Below are positions 26,590 through 39,014 of a stretch of 64,000 nt of DNA, piece by piece; the first letter of the stretch is position 1, and every line of letters begins with the position of its first letter. The position numbers and the translations under genes were made by a program. The DNA lies in the NCBI RefSeq assembly GCF_009914755.1, contig NC_060942.1. One strand, written 5' to 3'. This stretch comes from the human T2T-CHM13v2.0 reference genome, Homo sapiens. The notes beneath the pieces were generated by a model that was not told the DNA's origin, did not search any database, and saw nothing but the letters and a program-made list of their open reading frames with translations.

Positions 26590-27560
26590 TTAGAATCATG
26601 TATGTAATGTTCTCTTAGATTTTTATTCCTCATCCAGAGTCTCTCTTGAGCTCAGTAGCCACCATTTATTCTGCACCCTCATGACTATATCTATTTGGGT
26701 ATCTCAAATGCAGTTTCAAATCAGTATATCTAAAACTTGTTATCTCCTTCAACCAGACCTTCTCTAGTATTTCCTAACTTGTGAACAACATCATCAGACA
26801 CTAAATGGTAAAGTTGTTCTTAACTAAAACTTCACAATTGACCTTTCATTCTCCCTCTTGCTTCATGTGTAAGGCATCCTCAGGTCTTTGCATTTCACTT
26901 CCTTAAAAGCTTTTGAATCGGCATTTCTGTATATTCCATTTGTGACTACCTTAGTTCAGGTCTCAAACCACCTTTTCTGAACTAGTTTCTGATAGTAAAC
27001 TTCTGGTCTTGATTTTACCCGATTCGTTCTCCATGATAAAGGCAGATTGGCTTGCTGAAAAAAAATCAATCACACCTGCTTATAAACTTTGGAAGCCAAT
27101 GCCTTTAGAATACATTAATAGCTTAATTTCTTAATATGGCTTATATTTTTCCCCATCTTATAGTCTCTGCATATATCTACAAGTTTATCAGAGTACTTTC
27201 TTGGCAATTTTTCCTGACATCTTTAACTATTTGTCCTAATTGCAATTTTTCAAATGTGCTATTTTTGTCTTTTGCACATAATACTCTTTTGATTTCTGGA
27301 ATACTGATGATTGCTACCTGCCCTCCCTGATTTTTACCTGTTTCATTTCTTTTCCTAACCTGCAAAGACCAGATTAAGTGCCTCTAACATTTGACCCCCA
27401 CTTTTGAATGGTGTACTAATTACCTCATTATATCCTAATTAATTGCTTACTGTTTTTTTTCCATCTAACTGTGAGCTACTCGTAAGAGGTTCTTATTTAT
27501 AATTGTACTCCCAGTGCCTTCCTTTTACAGTAGTTTTAAAAATTTTTGGTTGAATGCTTG
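26590..27560 (+). mobile_element. L2 fragments
   Basis: Degenerate L2 3' motifs; boundaries approximate. Confidence 0.5.
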
Positions 27561-27584
27561 TTAAAAAATTAAGTGCTAACTGAA

Positions 27585-29940
27585 TGTAAACAAAACAGGT
27601 GTGCTTCAGTCAAGAATAGGTCAAGGTAAACATTCCATCCAGCATGACTCAGCAAGTTTGGAGCAGAGGCGCACAACTCTGTTCACTATGTAACCTGTTT
27701 GTGTAAGCTCATACTTGACTCTGAGCTACTATTGTCTGTAAGGAGTATAACTGCCCTGCCACCTTGGAGGTGGATAGAGGGAGAGAGAAAGAGTGACCAC
27801 CAACTCCCCTTGGACCTCAGCATGGGATAGAACCTGACACTTGGTGTAGTTGGCAGGATACTGAGGTGACTGAGTTTTCAGCCTCTGCTGATTCCGGGTC
27901 AGCCATGTGGCTGCAACATGGGTTGTGGTACCCAGTGGTAGTGGTGCTGCTCGAATGAGCTCCGGTGGAAACCTGGGTTGGTGGTAGATAGGTCCCCTGA
28001 AAGCATGGAGAAGATACTAAAGCAACTGGAAGCACAGAGCACTAAGAAGGAGCAAGCTTTTGCCAGCAGAGTTAGATGGGCATTTGTGACTGTGCTGTGC
28101 AAAGTGCATGCTCAGTCCCTACAGGATTCCACCTTGAGCTATGGGAATTGAATAAACAGTGCCATCAGCGTCCAGAGGAACCTCTGCCAACCTGGATTCT
28201 TCATCTATGGGACGAGGGAGCAGATAGTATCTGCAGTTTCACCTCTGGAATAGACAGGTGACTTCCATCAGGACTCATCCCTCCCTCCATCAGCAGTTGC
28301 ATGTGAGCAGGCACTTTGCAGTGGGGCGAGGCAACCATACTTTAATTAAATTGCTAATGGTGGCCATACGGACAGTGTGGACTGATGCCGGTGAAATACC
28401 AGAAACTGTCAGTAGAAGGCAGTCGTATACAGACTTGGTGCAAGTCATTCAGGAGAAGGATAATGCTTTGCAACCCAGTCCTGCCCAGGTGCTCCAGCTC
28501 AAAGACTAAGTGGTGGCAGCTAGGCGAGGGTGCAGAGCCTTTTCTGTTTGATTTGTACAGCAGGTGCTGGCACTAGTAGATACTGGTGCAGATTGCAGCC
28601 TTGTTTATGGGAACCCAGATAAGTTTCCTGGCAAGACTGTGTATATATATAAATGGCTGTGAAAGCCGGTCAATGAAAGTGAAACCTGTATCTTTGCAAC
28701 CTGGCATTGGCCACTTGGCTCCCTGCTTATACACTGTGTATGTTTCTCTCATACCTGAATACATTCTGGGTGTGAATGTTTTACATGGCTTGGCAGCTGT
28801 CCCATCTATCACAGATTTGATAGACCGCTTGACAAAGGAATTGGGACAATACAACTATGTGGTGGACTTGGCTAATGCATTATTTTCCAGAGAGCCAGGA
28901 AGAGTTCGCCTTCATGGGAGAGTGACAGTGGAGTTTCACAATGTTGCCATAGGACTATATGCATAACCCCACCATATGTCATGGTCTCATTGTTGATATT
29001 ATGTTAACCTCTGATTCTCTTGCTAATTTAGAAGCAGCAATGCCCCTCTTGCCTGGGATCGAGATAGTGCAACTGAGACTGACTTCCTGGCAGCCAAGCA
29101 GGCTATTCAGCAAGCACAGGCCCTGAAGTGATTAGCCAGGGGTACCCATTTAAATTTAATGTGTGTGTAACCACAGATAGTTTTGTTTGGGGCCTGTGAC
29201 AGCACACAGAGCACTTGAGAACACCAGTAGGCTTTTGGTTCCAACTTTAAAAGGGAGCTAAGCTCCAGTATTCATTAATAGGGAAGCAGCTAGTAGCTGC
29301 ATATGCTGCCCTTTAGGCTCATGATAGCATGATAGGATGGGTACAGTCATCATGTGGATAACTTACCCAATAGCAGAATGAGTGCGTTCATGGGTAATGA
29401 CTCCCCAGACTGGGACGGCACAAGGTAGGCATCCAGTTCAGCATGACTCAGCGAGTTTGGAGTGCAGGCGCACAGCTCTGCTCATTATGTAACCTGTTGG
29501 TGTAAGCTCATTCTTGGCTCTAAGCTACTGTTGTCTGTAGGGAGTATAACTGCCCTGCCACCTTGCAGGCAGATGCTGGGAGAGAGAGAGTAAAGTCACT
29601 GATGCTGTGAATAGTGCTGTTGCTGCTGCTACTGCACACATAATAGAGCCATCCACCTTGCAGGTGGACAGGGAGAGTGAGCCAAGAAATGGCAAGTGCA
29701 CCAGGGAGTGCAGCTGCAGGCACAGGGGTGGCAGGAGCTACAGAGCACAGAGCTGGCTGCTGAGAAGGGCCGCAGCTGGAGCAGGTACTCAAGACAAAGG
29801 CTGACAAAGAGAAAGAGCATAATAATACCATATTCACCTATGGCCTATGGCCACTCGAGTGTTCTTTCAGCTACCCATCATTCATCCACCAACTCCTGTT
29901 GAACCTCAGCTTGGGCTAGAACCCGACACTTAGCATGACA
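27585..29940 (+). mobile_element. HERV-S/HERVL18 remnant 2: LTR, PBS, gag/pro/pol fragments, LTR (LTR18B/C-like), heavily deleted
   Basis: 5' LTR 27585-27839, PBS 27842-27859 TGGTGTAGTTGGCAGGAT (16/18 tRNA-Ser), 3' LTR about 29421-29940, perfect TSD CTGAA at 27580-27584 and 29941-29945. Confidence 0.9.
28560..29420 (+). pseudogene. pol: HERV-S pro/pol fragments
   Basis: Protease motif ALVDTGADCSL (GCACTAGTAGATACTGGTGCA near 28570); RT segment VPSITDLIDRL..VVDLANALFS; several internal deletions. Confidence 0.8.
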
Positions 29941-30959
29941 CTGAATATTTCATTTTTATAAGACTTTTAATCTGTAAAATTATATGCAATATTTGATATT
30001 TTATTCTATTATTTCTTCATTTGTATTTTACTTACTTGTGGAAAAATGTTACTTTTCATGTTTTTGAATATTCCATGGTCTCTGAGGTAGTTCGAAATGC
30101 ATAGTAGGTACAAAAATACTTACTATTTAACTTAGTAATCAAATTATTTAAAATGCCAGTGAGGCTATGGTTTATACATCAAAATGATTACCTGAAGCTT
30201 TTCAGACAAAGACACTGGTTGAGTGACTGAATATTTAATCATCTGATTATTTTTGTACAATTTAGTTTTTATGGTTTGAGGGACATAAATTCTTTGAGCA
30301 AAAAGACCCTGACCTGGTAAATTAGACTTAACCAGTCCCAAACCATGTTCAATTAGACAAACACCAATTTGGATGCTATCAGTAACAATGTCCAGAAAAC
30401 AAAACAAAAGCATACTTTTTGAAAAGTACTTTCCCTTGCAGTTTTTTGCTTATTTATTAAAGAGATTACAAAAGAGAAGTCATGATGAATTCTCATAACA
30501 TGTATGTTTAGTGATAATTCTATACAGAAGAATATAAAAATAATGACTTTAAAGGTTGTGTATGTTAACAACTGGACTCTTGTTCTTGTCTTAACTAGTG
30601 ACATTTTTTCAGACATATCAAAGAAAAATTAGAGAAAAGAAATTCCAGCTGATTTTTTTTTGACAGAGAAAGCTAAGTGATGATAGCTAATTATAACTAA
30701 TATCTGGGAGTTGCATTGTATTAAAAAGCCACGGAAGAAAAAGTGATCAGAATGTCAATTTCTTTTTCATTTTCATGCTTTGAACATAAGACCATTTTGA
30801 AATAACAATGTGCTTAGGATTCTGCATTGCTTAGAATAATAAAGACATAAGACTATAATGCTTTATTTTTCATATGATTATAAATTACTTACAATTAGTT
30901 ATTTCTTTCCATGTTGCAGGTATGGAACTCTATTAAATGCTTATATATTTGTACATAAT

Positions 30960-31720
30960 ATAATTTATGACTAAAAAATTGTAATGTAAATTCTAAAGTA
31001 CTTAGAACCAAGTGATAATAAAAATGTTAAATTTCAAACTTATGAGATATGGCAGACACAGTAACTGAAGGAAATCTATCACATTAAAAGTTCATAAAAG
31101 AAATAAGAGGTTAAAATTAAAAAGTAAAACATTAAACTTAAGACATGGAATAAAAGAGAAAAAAAAAACTGCCCGTAAAAGAAGAAAATATTTTTTAAAA
31201 GAACAAAAATTACCAAAAGGTAAAACAACACAGAATAAAGAGAATGAATTAATTGAAAATTTAGCTTTGAAGAAGTTAATAAAATAGATTAAAATTCTAT
31301 CATGATTAGTCAAGAAAACAAATGGGACTAAATAACAGGACATAATTATAGATACACAGAAATTAGAAAAATAATTTTGAAAAATGTTATATAACTACAT
31401 TTGAAAACAGAAAAAATAGATAAATTTCAAGAAAGATATAACTCACTAAAAATTATCTAAGACAAAGTAGGCAGTCTAACTAGTTCTACAATTACTAAAG
31501 AAATTGAATCAATGGTTTAAAATCTTTCTGCCTTAAAATTTTAAAAAGTGATGATATTCAGATGGCTTAAAATTTCAAGGAGTGGATAATGCAAAATATC
31601 TTAAATATTCCAAGGAAACAAGAAAATTTCCAACAAATTCTACAAGGCTCTTATGAGTTTGTAAATATCAGACAAGAAGAATATTAACATAAATGATTAG
31701 GTTTCAATCCATTTGCACTT
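30960..31720 (+). mobile_element. Ancient L1M ORF2 fragment
   Basis: A-rich degenerate ORF2 (CTAAAGAAATTGAATCAATGGTTTAAAATCTT). Confidence 0.6.
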
Positions 31721-31926
31721 GTCAATGAGCCCCCAGCATTTCCCACTTAAGGCAGATGTGTATAAACAATAAAACAAGATTTCTGTGTGCCTCAATCTTT
31801 AAAAGCTATTTTCAGAGAGAAATATAAGTTGTGTTTCTCTCTTTTGTTTTAAGCAAATAGACATTTAGATTTCTATTGTAAATGAAAACAATGAATCTGT
31901 TGGGGGGGAAAAATGAGTAAAAAGCA

Positions 31927-32214
31927 GGCTGGGTGTGGTGGCTCACACCTGTAATCTCAGCGCTTTGAGAGGCTGAAGCAGGAGATTGCTTGAGCCCAGG
32001 AAGTTGAGACCAGCCTGGGCAACACGGGGACCCACCGTTTTTTTTTTGTTTTGTTTTTTTTTTAGAAAATGTATCTGAGCGTGGTGGTGCATGCCCATGT
32101 TCCAGCTACTCGGGAGGCTAGGGTGGGAATACCACTTCGGCCTGGACGGTCGAGCCTATAGTGAGCCATGATCATGCCGGGCACTCCAGACTGAGCAATA
32201 GAGCTAGACCCTAT
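31927..32214 (+). mobile_element. Alu (AluJ-like) with a T-rich linker
   Basis: Dimeric Alu; GATTGCTTGAGCCCAGGA and CCTGGGCAACA are J-type. Confidence 0.92.
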
Positions 32215-33279
32215 TGGAAGGGAGGGAAGAAGGTAAGAATAGAGGAAAGAAAAAGAAAACAACATACAGTGATGGAGAATTTGCCAGTTAGCAACTGACA
32301 TGGTGGGCCATAGTGGGTCTTGCCTATGAAGTGATGACCTAGTGCCAAGAGTGCAAAAACAGGTTCCAGAGCTTAGTGTAGGGGTTCAGGTTGGTCCTGG
32401 GCTGAGCTTGGGGACACACCTAGGAATTTCTAGGCAAATAAGCAATGGAGTTTAGGGGCTGATGATAGAGCACAAACACACCATAAGAAAAGAAAAGAAC
32501 TGCTTTTGGCAGATAGGATAAGGAGAAGCCCTAAGATTTTAACTCTAGTCTGGAAAGCAGGTCTCAGGGAAGGCATGTCTGAAGTCCAGAAGACCAGGGG
32601 AAACCTGAATGCAGAAAGTGCAGCTGGTTCACTATGTCGTGAAATACAACAACCAGGGAACACCCTTGGAGATTGTGAGCTATATTGCTCAGGAAAAATT
32701 CATTGTTCTACACTGGGCAGTAAATTTATGAATATTGTTATGATAAGGTATGTTTCTAATCCTGTCTCTAATAATGGTGATATCCTTAGAATAAGGCTTT
32801 GATTTTCCAGAGTGTTGAGAGATTTTAGTCACTAAAAGCATAAGCTATGAAATTCTGTTTTACAGATTAAACCTATTACCAGTTTGTTTCCCACTTACGT
32901 AGTTCAAATAAAGCAATAAGTAATAATTTTATAAACAAAAAAGGAAACTGAGAAAAAATAAAATAGAACATTAGCATTTAAGCAAAGATAAGCAATTGTG
33001 AGGTCCAGAGAGAGAAAACAAATGTTTATTGAACACCTGGTATATTCCATATAATGTTCTAGACACATTAACTGTCATCTCAATTTTCAGTCTTGTATGA
33101 TGAAGACAATCTTGTTGTATAAATAGAGAAACTTATGAAGGGTATACTATTTGCCTAATATTACCTAACCTGTAAGTAACAGACAAACCAATACTTATAA
33201 TTGACAAATCTTTGGCTTTTCTCTAATCGGTGATATTGAAATTATATAAGCTAATAAACCTAATGAGTTTTTAATATTT

Positions 33280-33415
33280 TTAAAATTTTTTTTGGAATAA
33301 TTTTGAATTTACAACAAATTTGCAAAGATAGTACACATATTTCTCCTATATGCCTCAATCAGTTTCCTTTTATGTTAACCTATTACATTATTATTGTTTG
33401 TTTATTAAAACTAAG
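33280..33415 (-). mobile_element. L1MD/MC 3' end fragment
   Basis: GGAATAATTTTGAATTTACAACAAATTTGCAAAGATAGTAC...AAAACTAAG. Confidence 0.6.
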
Positions 33416-33499
33416 GAAAAGAGAGGCAAAAAAAGAAAAGGCACACATTTAACAGCATCAGGAGAGATACAGGGGATAGAACTACAGACCCCACAGACA

Positions 33500-34915
33500 T
33501 CACTGATACTTAATAAGGAAAGAATGAATTCTTTCTCTAAGGTAAGAAACAAGGCAAGGATGTATGTACAGTTAAGTGCATTGTACCAAAACACCTAGCT
33601 CTAGTACATTGTCAATAAACATTAATAAAAATCATACAGATTAGAAAGAATTAAACTGTTTCTATTTGTAGATTATATAATTTTTCTGTATAGAACATAC
33701 AAAGGAATATATAAAACAAAACAAGCAAAATATTCTAGAACTAAAACTAGGAGTTAGCAAGGTGACAGAATACAAGGCCAAGACACAATCACTGATTGTG
33801 TAGCAACGAACAACTAGAGACCAAAATAAAACTAAACAAAATAGTAATATATACAATAACTCCACAAAAATGTAAAACTTTAATACAAATCTAACAAAAA
33901 AGGTATCAACTCTGTATGCTGAAAACTACAAAAGGCTACTGAAATAAATCATAGGAATTTGTGCAAATCACATGTGGACCTGTGCCCGGACTATTAACAA
34001 AATTCTCAAATTGTAATAATCTCTTGAAAAGTTTTATAAAATCAGGTAAAATATCTGAACAGAAACTTCACCAAAATAGATAGGCACATACAAATAAGCA
34101 TCAGAAAATATATGCAAACTCATTAATAATTAGATAAGTGCTAATTTAATTAATTAATTAATTAAATTAATTAATGAGATGCTATTACACACATATTAGA
34201 ATGGATATAAAAAATAAATAATAGCAAATTCTGGCAAGGTTGCAAAACAATTGCAACTCTCCTACATTGCTGATGTGATTGCAAGTTGGTATAGCTACTT
34301 TTGGAGAATAGCAGTTTCTTATAAAGCTATATATACACTCATCAATATAGCCTGACATCTCAATTTGTATTTATCAAAGTAAAATGAAATCTTCACACAT
34401 CAATCCTACACAAATGTTTATAGAGGCTTTATTTATAATTGCAAAAAACGTGACACAACTCAAAGTTCTCTCAACTATGAAACTGATAGATTAACAGCTG
34501 TACAGCAGTGGTAGATTAACAGCTGTACAGCAGTGGTACATCATTCAATGAAATACTACTGAGGAATACAAAGAATCATACTACTGATACACTCAAAAGC
34601 ATAGCGGAGTTGTAAATCCATATGCTAAGAGAAAGAAGCTGGACTGAAGGCTGTGTACCCATGTAATTTCATTTTTATAGCATTCTAGATAAGGTAGAAA
34701 CTTGAGATAAACAGATCAGTGATTTCCAGGGACTGGATATGGGGGCGGAGAACACTGGGGAGAATTTGACTAAAAAATGAAATGGGGGAGCTTTTGGGTG
34801 ATGGAACTATTCTATGCCTTCATTGTTGTATGTTTACATGACCTAATGCATTTATCAAAACTCAAAATTGTACAGTAAGAAGGGTGAAATGTATGTACAT
34901 TTATTTTAATGAAGA
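33500..34915 (+). mobile_element. Old L1MB/MC: ORF2 3' part and 3'UTR
   Basis: AGGTAAGAAACAAGGCAAGGATG; CTGAAAACTACAAAA; GGGTGATGGAACTATTCTATG 3'UTR. Confidence 0.8.
34487..34536. repeat. Perfect 25-bp tandem duplication
   Basis: TAGATTAACAGCTGTACAGCAGTGG x2. Confidence 0.97.
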
Positions 34916-34920
34916 AAGAG

Positions 34921-35240
<320 letters not shown>

Positions 35241-36710
35241 TTATTTTTAGAAAACAAGGTTATTTTCTACTTTCATGATAAAAGATTTGGTGATCATATA
35301 AATAAGATATTCTGTGGAGATTTTACCAGTCAACCCAGGACTCTCTAAGTTAAATGTAAAGGAAAAGCAGGTAATAAAGAATGAGTGATTTCTTTAAATA
35401 CGATGAGAAATATCAGTGTTCTGAGAGTGGTAACTGAGTAGGGACTTGCTAGAATATAAGGTCCAGAAGAGCAAGTTCTACTTCCATTCACCAATATATC
35501 TTCAGGGCCTACAAAGATGCTTGATATTTAGTAGGTGCCATATACCAATACCTACTATAGATAAGGGAAATGGAGTTAGTTAAAATCAGATGATAGTTGT
35601 CTTTTCAGCAAAGTATACTCAGTAAGCTTAATAAATAGGTAGAGTTTGGTGTTAGAGACCTGAAAATATTAAAATCATGTGTTTATTTATATCCCCAACT
35701 AGAAAAAAAAAGAGACAGTGGTTTCAGTTTGTATTTCTAGCTAGTGTCTAGGAAATGATAGGTGTACTAACATTTTGACAACAGAAGAGTCATTGAAATA
35801 AATTAAGGCATAAATATTTATAATCCCATTCATTCTGACCATACATAATCCATTCTCAACAGTATAGACACAAGGAACTTTTTAACTATAATTCTGGTTA
35901 TGTTACCCCCTCACTTAGAATTATGTATGATTCCTCATTTTCCCTAAGCTAAAGACAATATCCCCTCAGATGATTGACTAGGATGTGTGTGGTTTGGCCT
36001 TTATATCCTTGCTAAAATTATCCATCATACTCAATACTTTAGAGTAAAGCTGACCTTAATCTTAAAAAACATATCAGATTTTAGCTAACATTTTATTGAA
36101 CGTGTTTTGTAGGCTTTTCTACTAAGATTAAATGGCAATTCACTCCCCTTCTGTTAGAAAAACATTTGTTTCTGCATAAACATACCAAACAATAAACAAA
36201 CAAATAGAGAATAAGGGAACAAGACCAAAGGCTTAGGAAAAGGAGAGACAAATAGCTACATTCACAGTATACAAGTAGAGCAAAGTCTATTATCCATTCC
36301 TCCGTTCTTTTCCCACTTGTGCCCCATGGGGAAAAGGAAAAGGAGGACTCAGCCATTATATCCAAGGCTTTCAGAAATCTAATCAATCCAATATCTTGCC
36401 AAACACAAAATCTAATTGAAAAAGTAAATTATTTTGGATAATAAAGAATATTATTTTGAAAATCATTTATATACTAATTAAAACTCTAATTAGTTTTCTC
36501 TAATGAGAAATATGTGATGAAAAATTTATTTCTCCAGAGATTTTCTGAGAGTATTAGTAAGAAGTTAGTTTAGAAACAACAGTCAATTAAGACTTCTTCT
36601 TGTCTAGAAAAATAAACCTAACAAGCATTTTACCTTGCTAGCTTCTTAGAAGTAGAATTAAAGACAAATCACTATAAAATAATTAGAAGCAAAAAATATT
36701 GCAGACATTT

Positions 36711-37014
36711 TGTCAAAGTCCTAACCTCTGGTATTTTGTTTGGAAATAAGGTATTTGCAGAGGTAATAAAGTTAAAACAAGGTCATTAGTGTAGGCCCTA
36801 ATCCAACATGCCTGGCATCCTTATTAAAACACACACACACACATATTATGAAGACATAGACACAAGGAGAAAGCCATGTGATGTCACAGGCAATGACAGC
36901 TGGAAGTGCTCCAGCTGCAAGCCAAGGGGTGCCTGTTACTACCAACAGCTACAAGAGGCAAGAAATGATCATCCCTGGAGGCTTCAGAGGGAGCACAACA
37001 CTGGCAATGCCTTG
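36711..37014 (+). mobile_element. MLT1C-like LTR fragment, 3'-truncated
   Basis: TTTGGAAATAAGGTATTTGCAGAGGTAA..GGCCCTAATCCAA..CTTCAGAGGGAGCA. Confidence 0.8.
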
Positions 37015-37173
37015 CTTTCCTGCTGTTGAACATGAGATTCCTTGTTCTTCAGTTTTGGGACTCAGGCTTTCCTTACTTCTCAACTGGCAGACAGCCTATT
37101 TTGGGACCTAGTGATTGTGTGAGTTAATACTTAATAACCTCACTTTATATATGAATTTTTTAAATAATTTATA

Positions 37174-37208
<35 letters not shown>

Positions 37209-37282
37209 TCTGTTCCTCTAGAGAACCCAGACTAATACAGATTTGGTACCAGGAGTGGTTCTAGAGAAACAGAATATTAAGA

Positions 37283-38986
37283 ATGGAGTTCTTTCATTGG
37301 TTTTGGGGTTTCTGGAGTTGGCTGCTGAATATGATCACACTCAAAAATGCTAAGGACACTACTCCCAATAGTATGGACAACACTAATAGTCCTTGGTGTG
37401 AACTGTTTAGAGAATTATGCAAAATAAATGCATTTGACAATCCTGATTCACTGCTCATGAGAGGCAAGGAGTTTAGTGACTCTATATAATACCTTTGACC
37501 ATATATGGAGAACCAAGGAACCTAATAAATATGGTTGATTGTTCCTAAGTTCAGTGGACAAAGTGATGAAAGGAAGTGATGAACTCAGGGGTTATATCTC
37601 CTGGCTTCAGAAGCAGATACTGAGCCTCAAATCTGCTAAGATTGCCCTGAGTGAGATTCTTATCTCCTGTAGAGAAAACTGAAATTGTGGAAAGACAGAC
37701 ACAAGCTCTTATTATGTGCATGGCTGACTTGCAATGAAAGGCGCACCTACAGCCCTGCCAGGTGTCTACTGTTAAAGTGAGGGCATTGATTGGAAAAAAA
37801 AAAATGGGAACCTGCAACTTGGGATGTGTGGGAGGACCGTGATGAAGCTGGGGACACAGATTTTGTAAACTTTGATGAATCTTTTTTGCCAGAAGGAATA
37901 GTTTTTCCATCCACAGTAGTGGCAACATCTCCTCCCTGACCCATGCTGACATCAGCCTTTCCACCTTGGTCTGAGGAGATAAACCCTGTGCTGACTGACA
38001 CAACAGTGATGGCCTCCCCTGAGGCAGTTGCCAAGAAAGATAATGTTGATTCTCCTCAGAAGCCACCGCCAATAGCCATGTTTGCTTCTAGACCTACAAC
38101 TAGACTAATGTCCTCGCAGAACCCTAGAGGTGAGGTTGAGAGTGTGAACCATGAAGAGATTTGCTACACAGTAAAATAATTGCTTGAGTTTTCTAACTTA
38201 GATGAACAGAAATCTGGAGAACAGGCATGGGAATAGATATTAAAGGTGTGGGATAATGATGGAAGGAACATACCGTTGGATCAGGCTGCCTTTATTGATT
38301 TAGGCCCACTAAATAGGGACTGTGCATTTAATGTTGCAGCTTGGGGAGTTTTAAAGGGTTCTAAGAGTTTATTTGCTTGGTTAGCTGAAATATTCATTAA
38401 AAGATGGCCAGCTGTGAGCTAGTTGGACATCCCTGATCTCCCTTTGTTTAATGTAGAGGAAGGGATCCAAAGGCTTAGGGAGATTGAAATGGTGGAGTGG
38501 ATTAGTTACTTTAGACCTACTCATCCTAGCTGGGAGGGTCCAGAAGACAGACCCTTGACCAATGCCTCGCAAAATAGATTTGTGGGGGCACCACGTGCAT
38601 CTTTGAAGAGCCCTGTAATTCCTCTTCACTGTATGTCATATCTAACAGTGGAAACCACAGTCACTCAACTATAAAATTTAAATACAGAGGGAATAATTGG
38701 ATCCTGAAATGGCAAAGACCAAGTGGTGGCACTCAACCATCAAAGGCAAGGTGGGTGTATCTACTGTAATGGACAGCAGAGGCAAAGCAGCAATCAGAAT
38801 AGTCTAACTCATGCAGAGCTCCAGCATTGGCTAATTAATCACAGTGTTCCTAGAAGTGAAATTGATAGGAAGCCTACTGCATTCCTACTTAATTTATACA
38901 AGCAGAAAACTTCTAGGTCGAATGGACCAGAGACTAATTTGAATTATAAAGACAAAGAATCATGGCCTCTCAATTTCCAGACTTGA
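37283..38986 (+). pseudogene. gag: HERV-L gag (stops and frameshifts)
   Basis: ORF pieces GFWSWLLN..SPWCELFRELCK, FNVEEGIQRLREIEMVEWI, HWLINHSVPRSEIDRKPT. Confidence 0.9.
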
Positions 38987-39014
38987 GTCAGTTTACAAAC
39001 CCAGGACCCCTTGA

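Noticed and set aside
34142-34175. (TAAT)n run as a homeodomain site cluster
   Set aside because: It is a short slippage expansion inside an old L1 with no other support.
37551-38072. 173-aa minus-strand ORF
   Set aside because: It is an antisense shadow of HERV-L gag with no recognisable domain.
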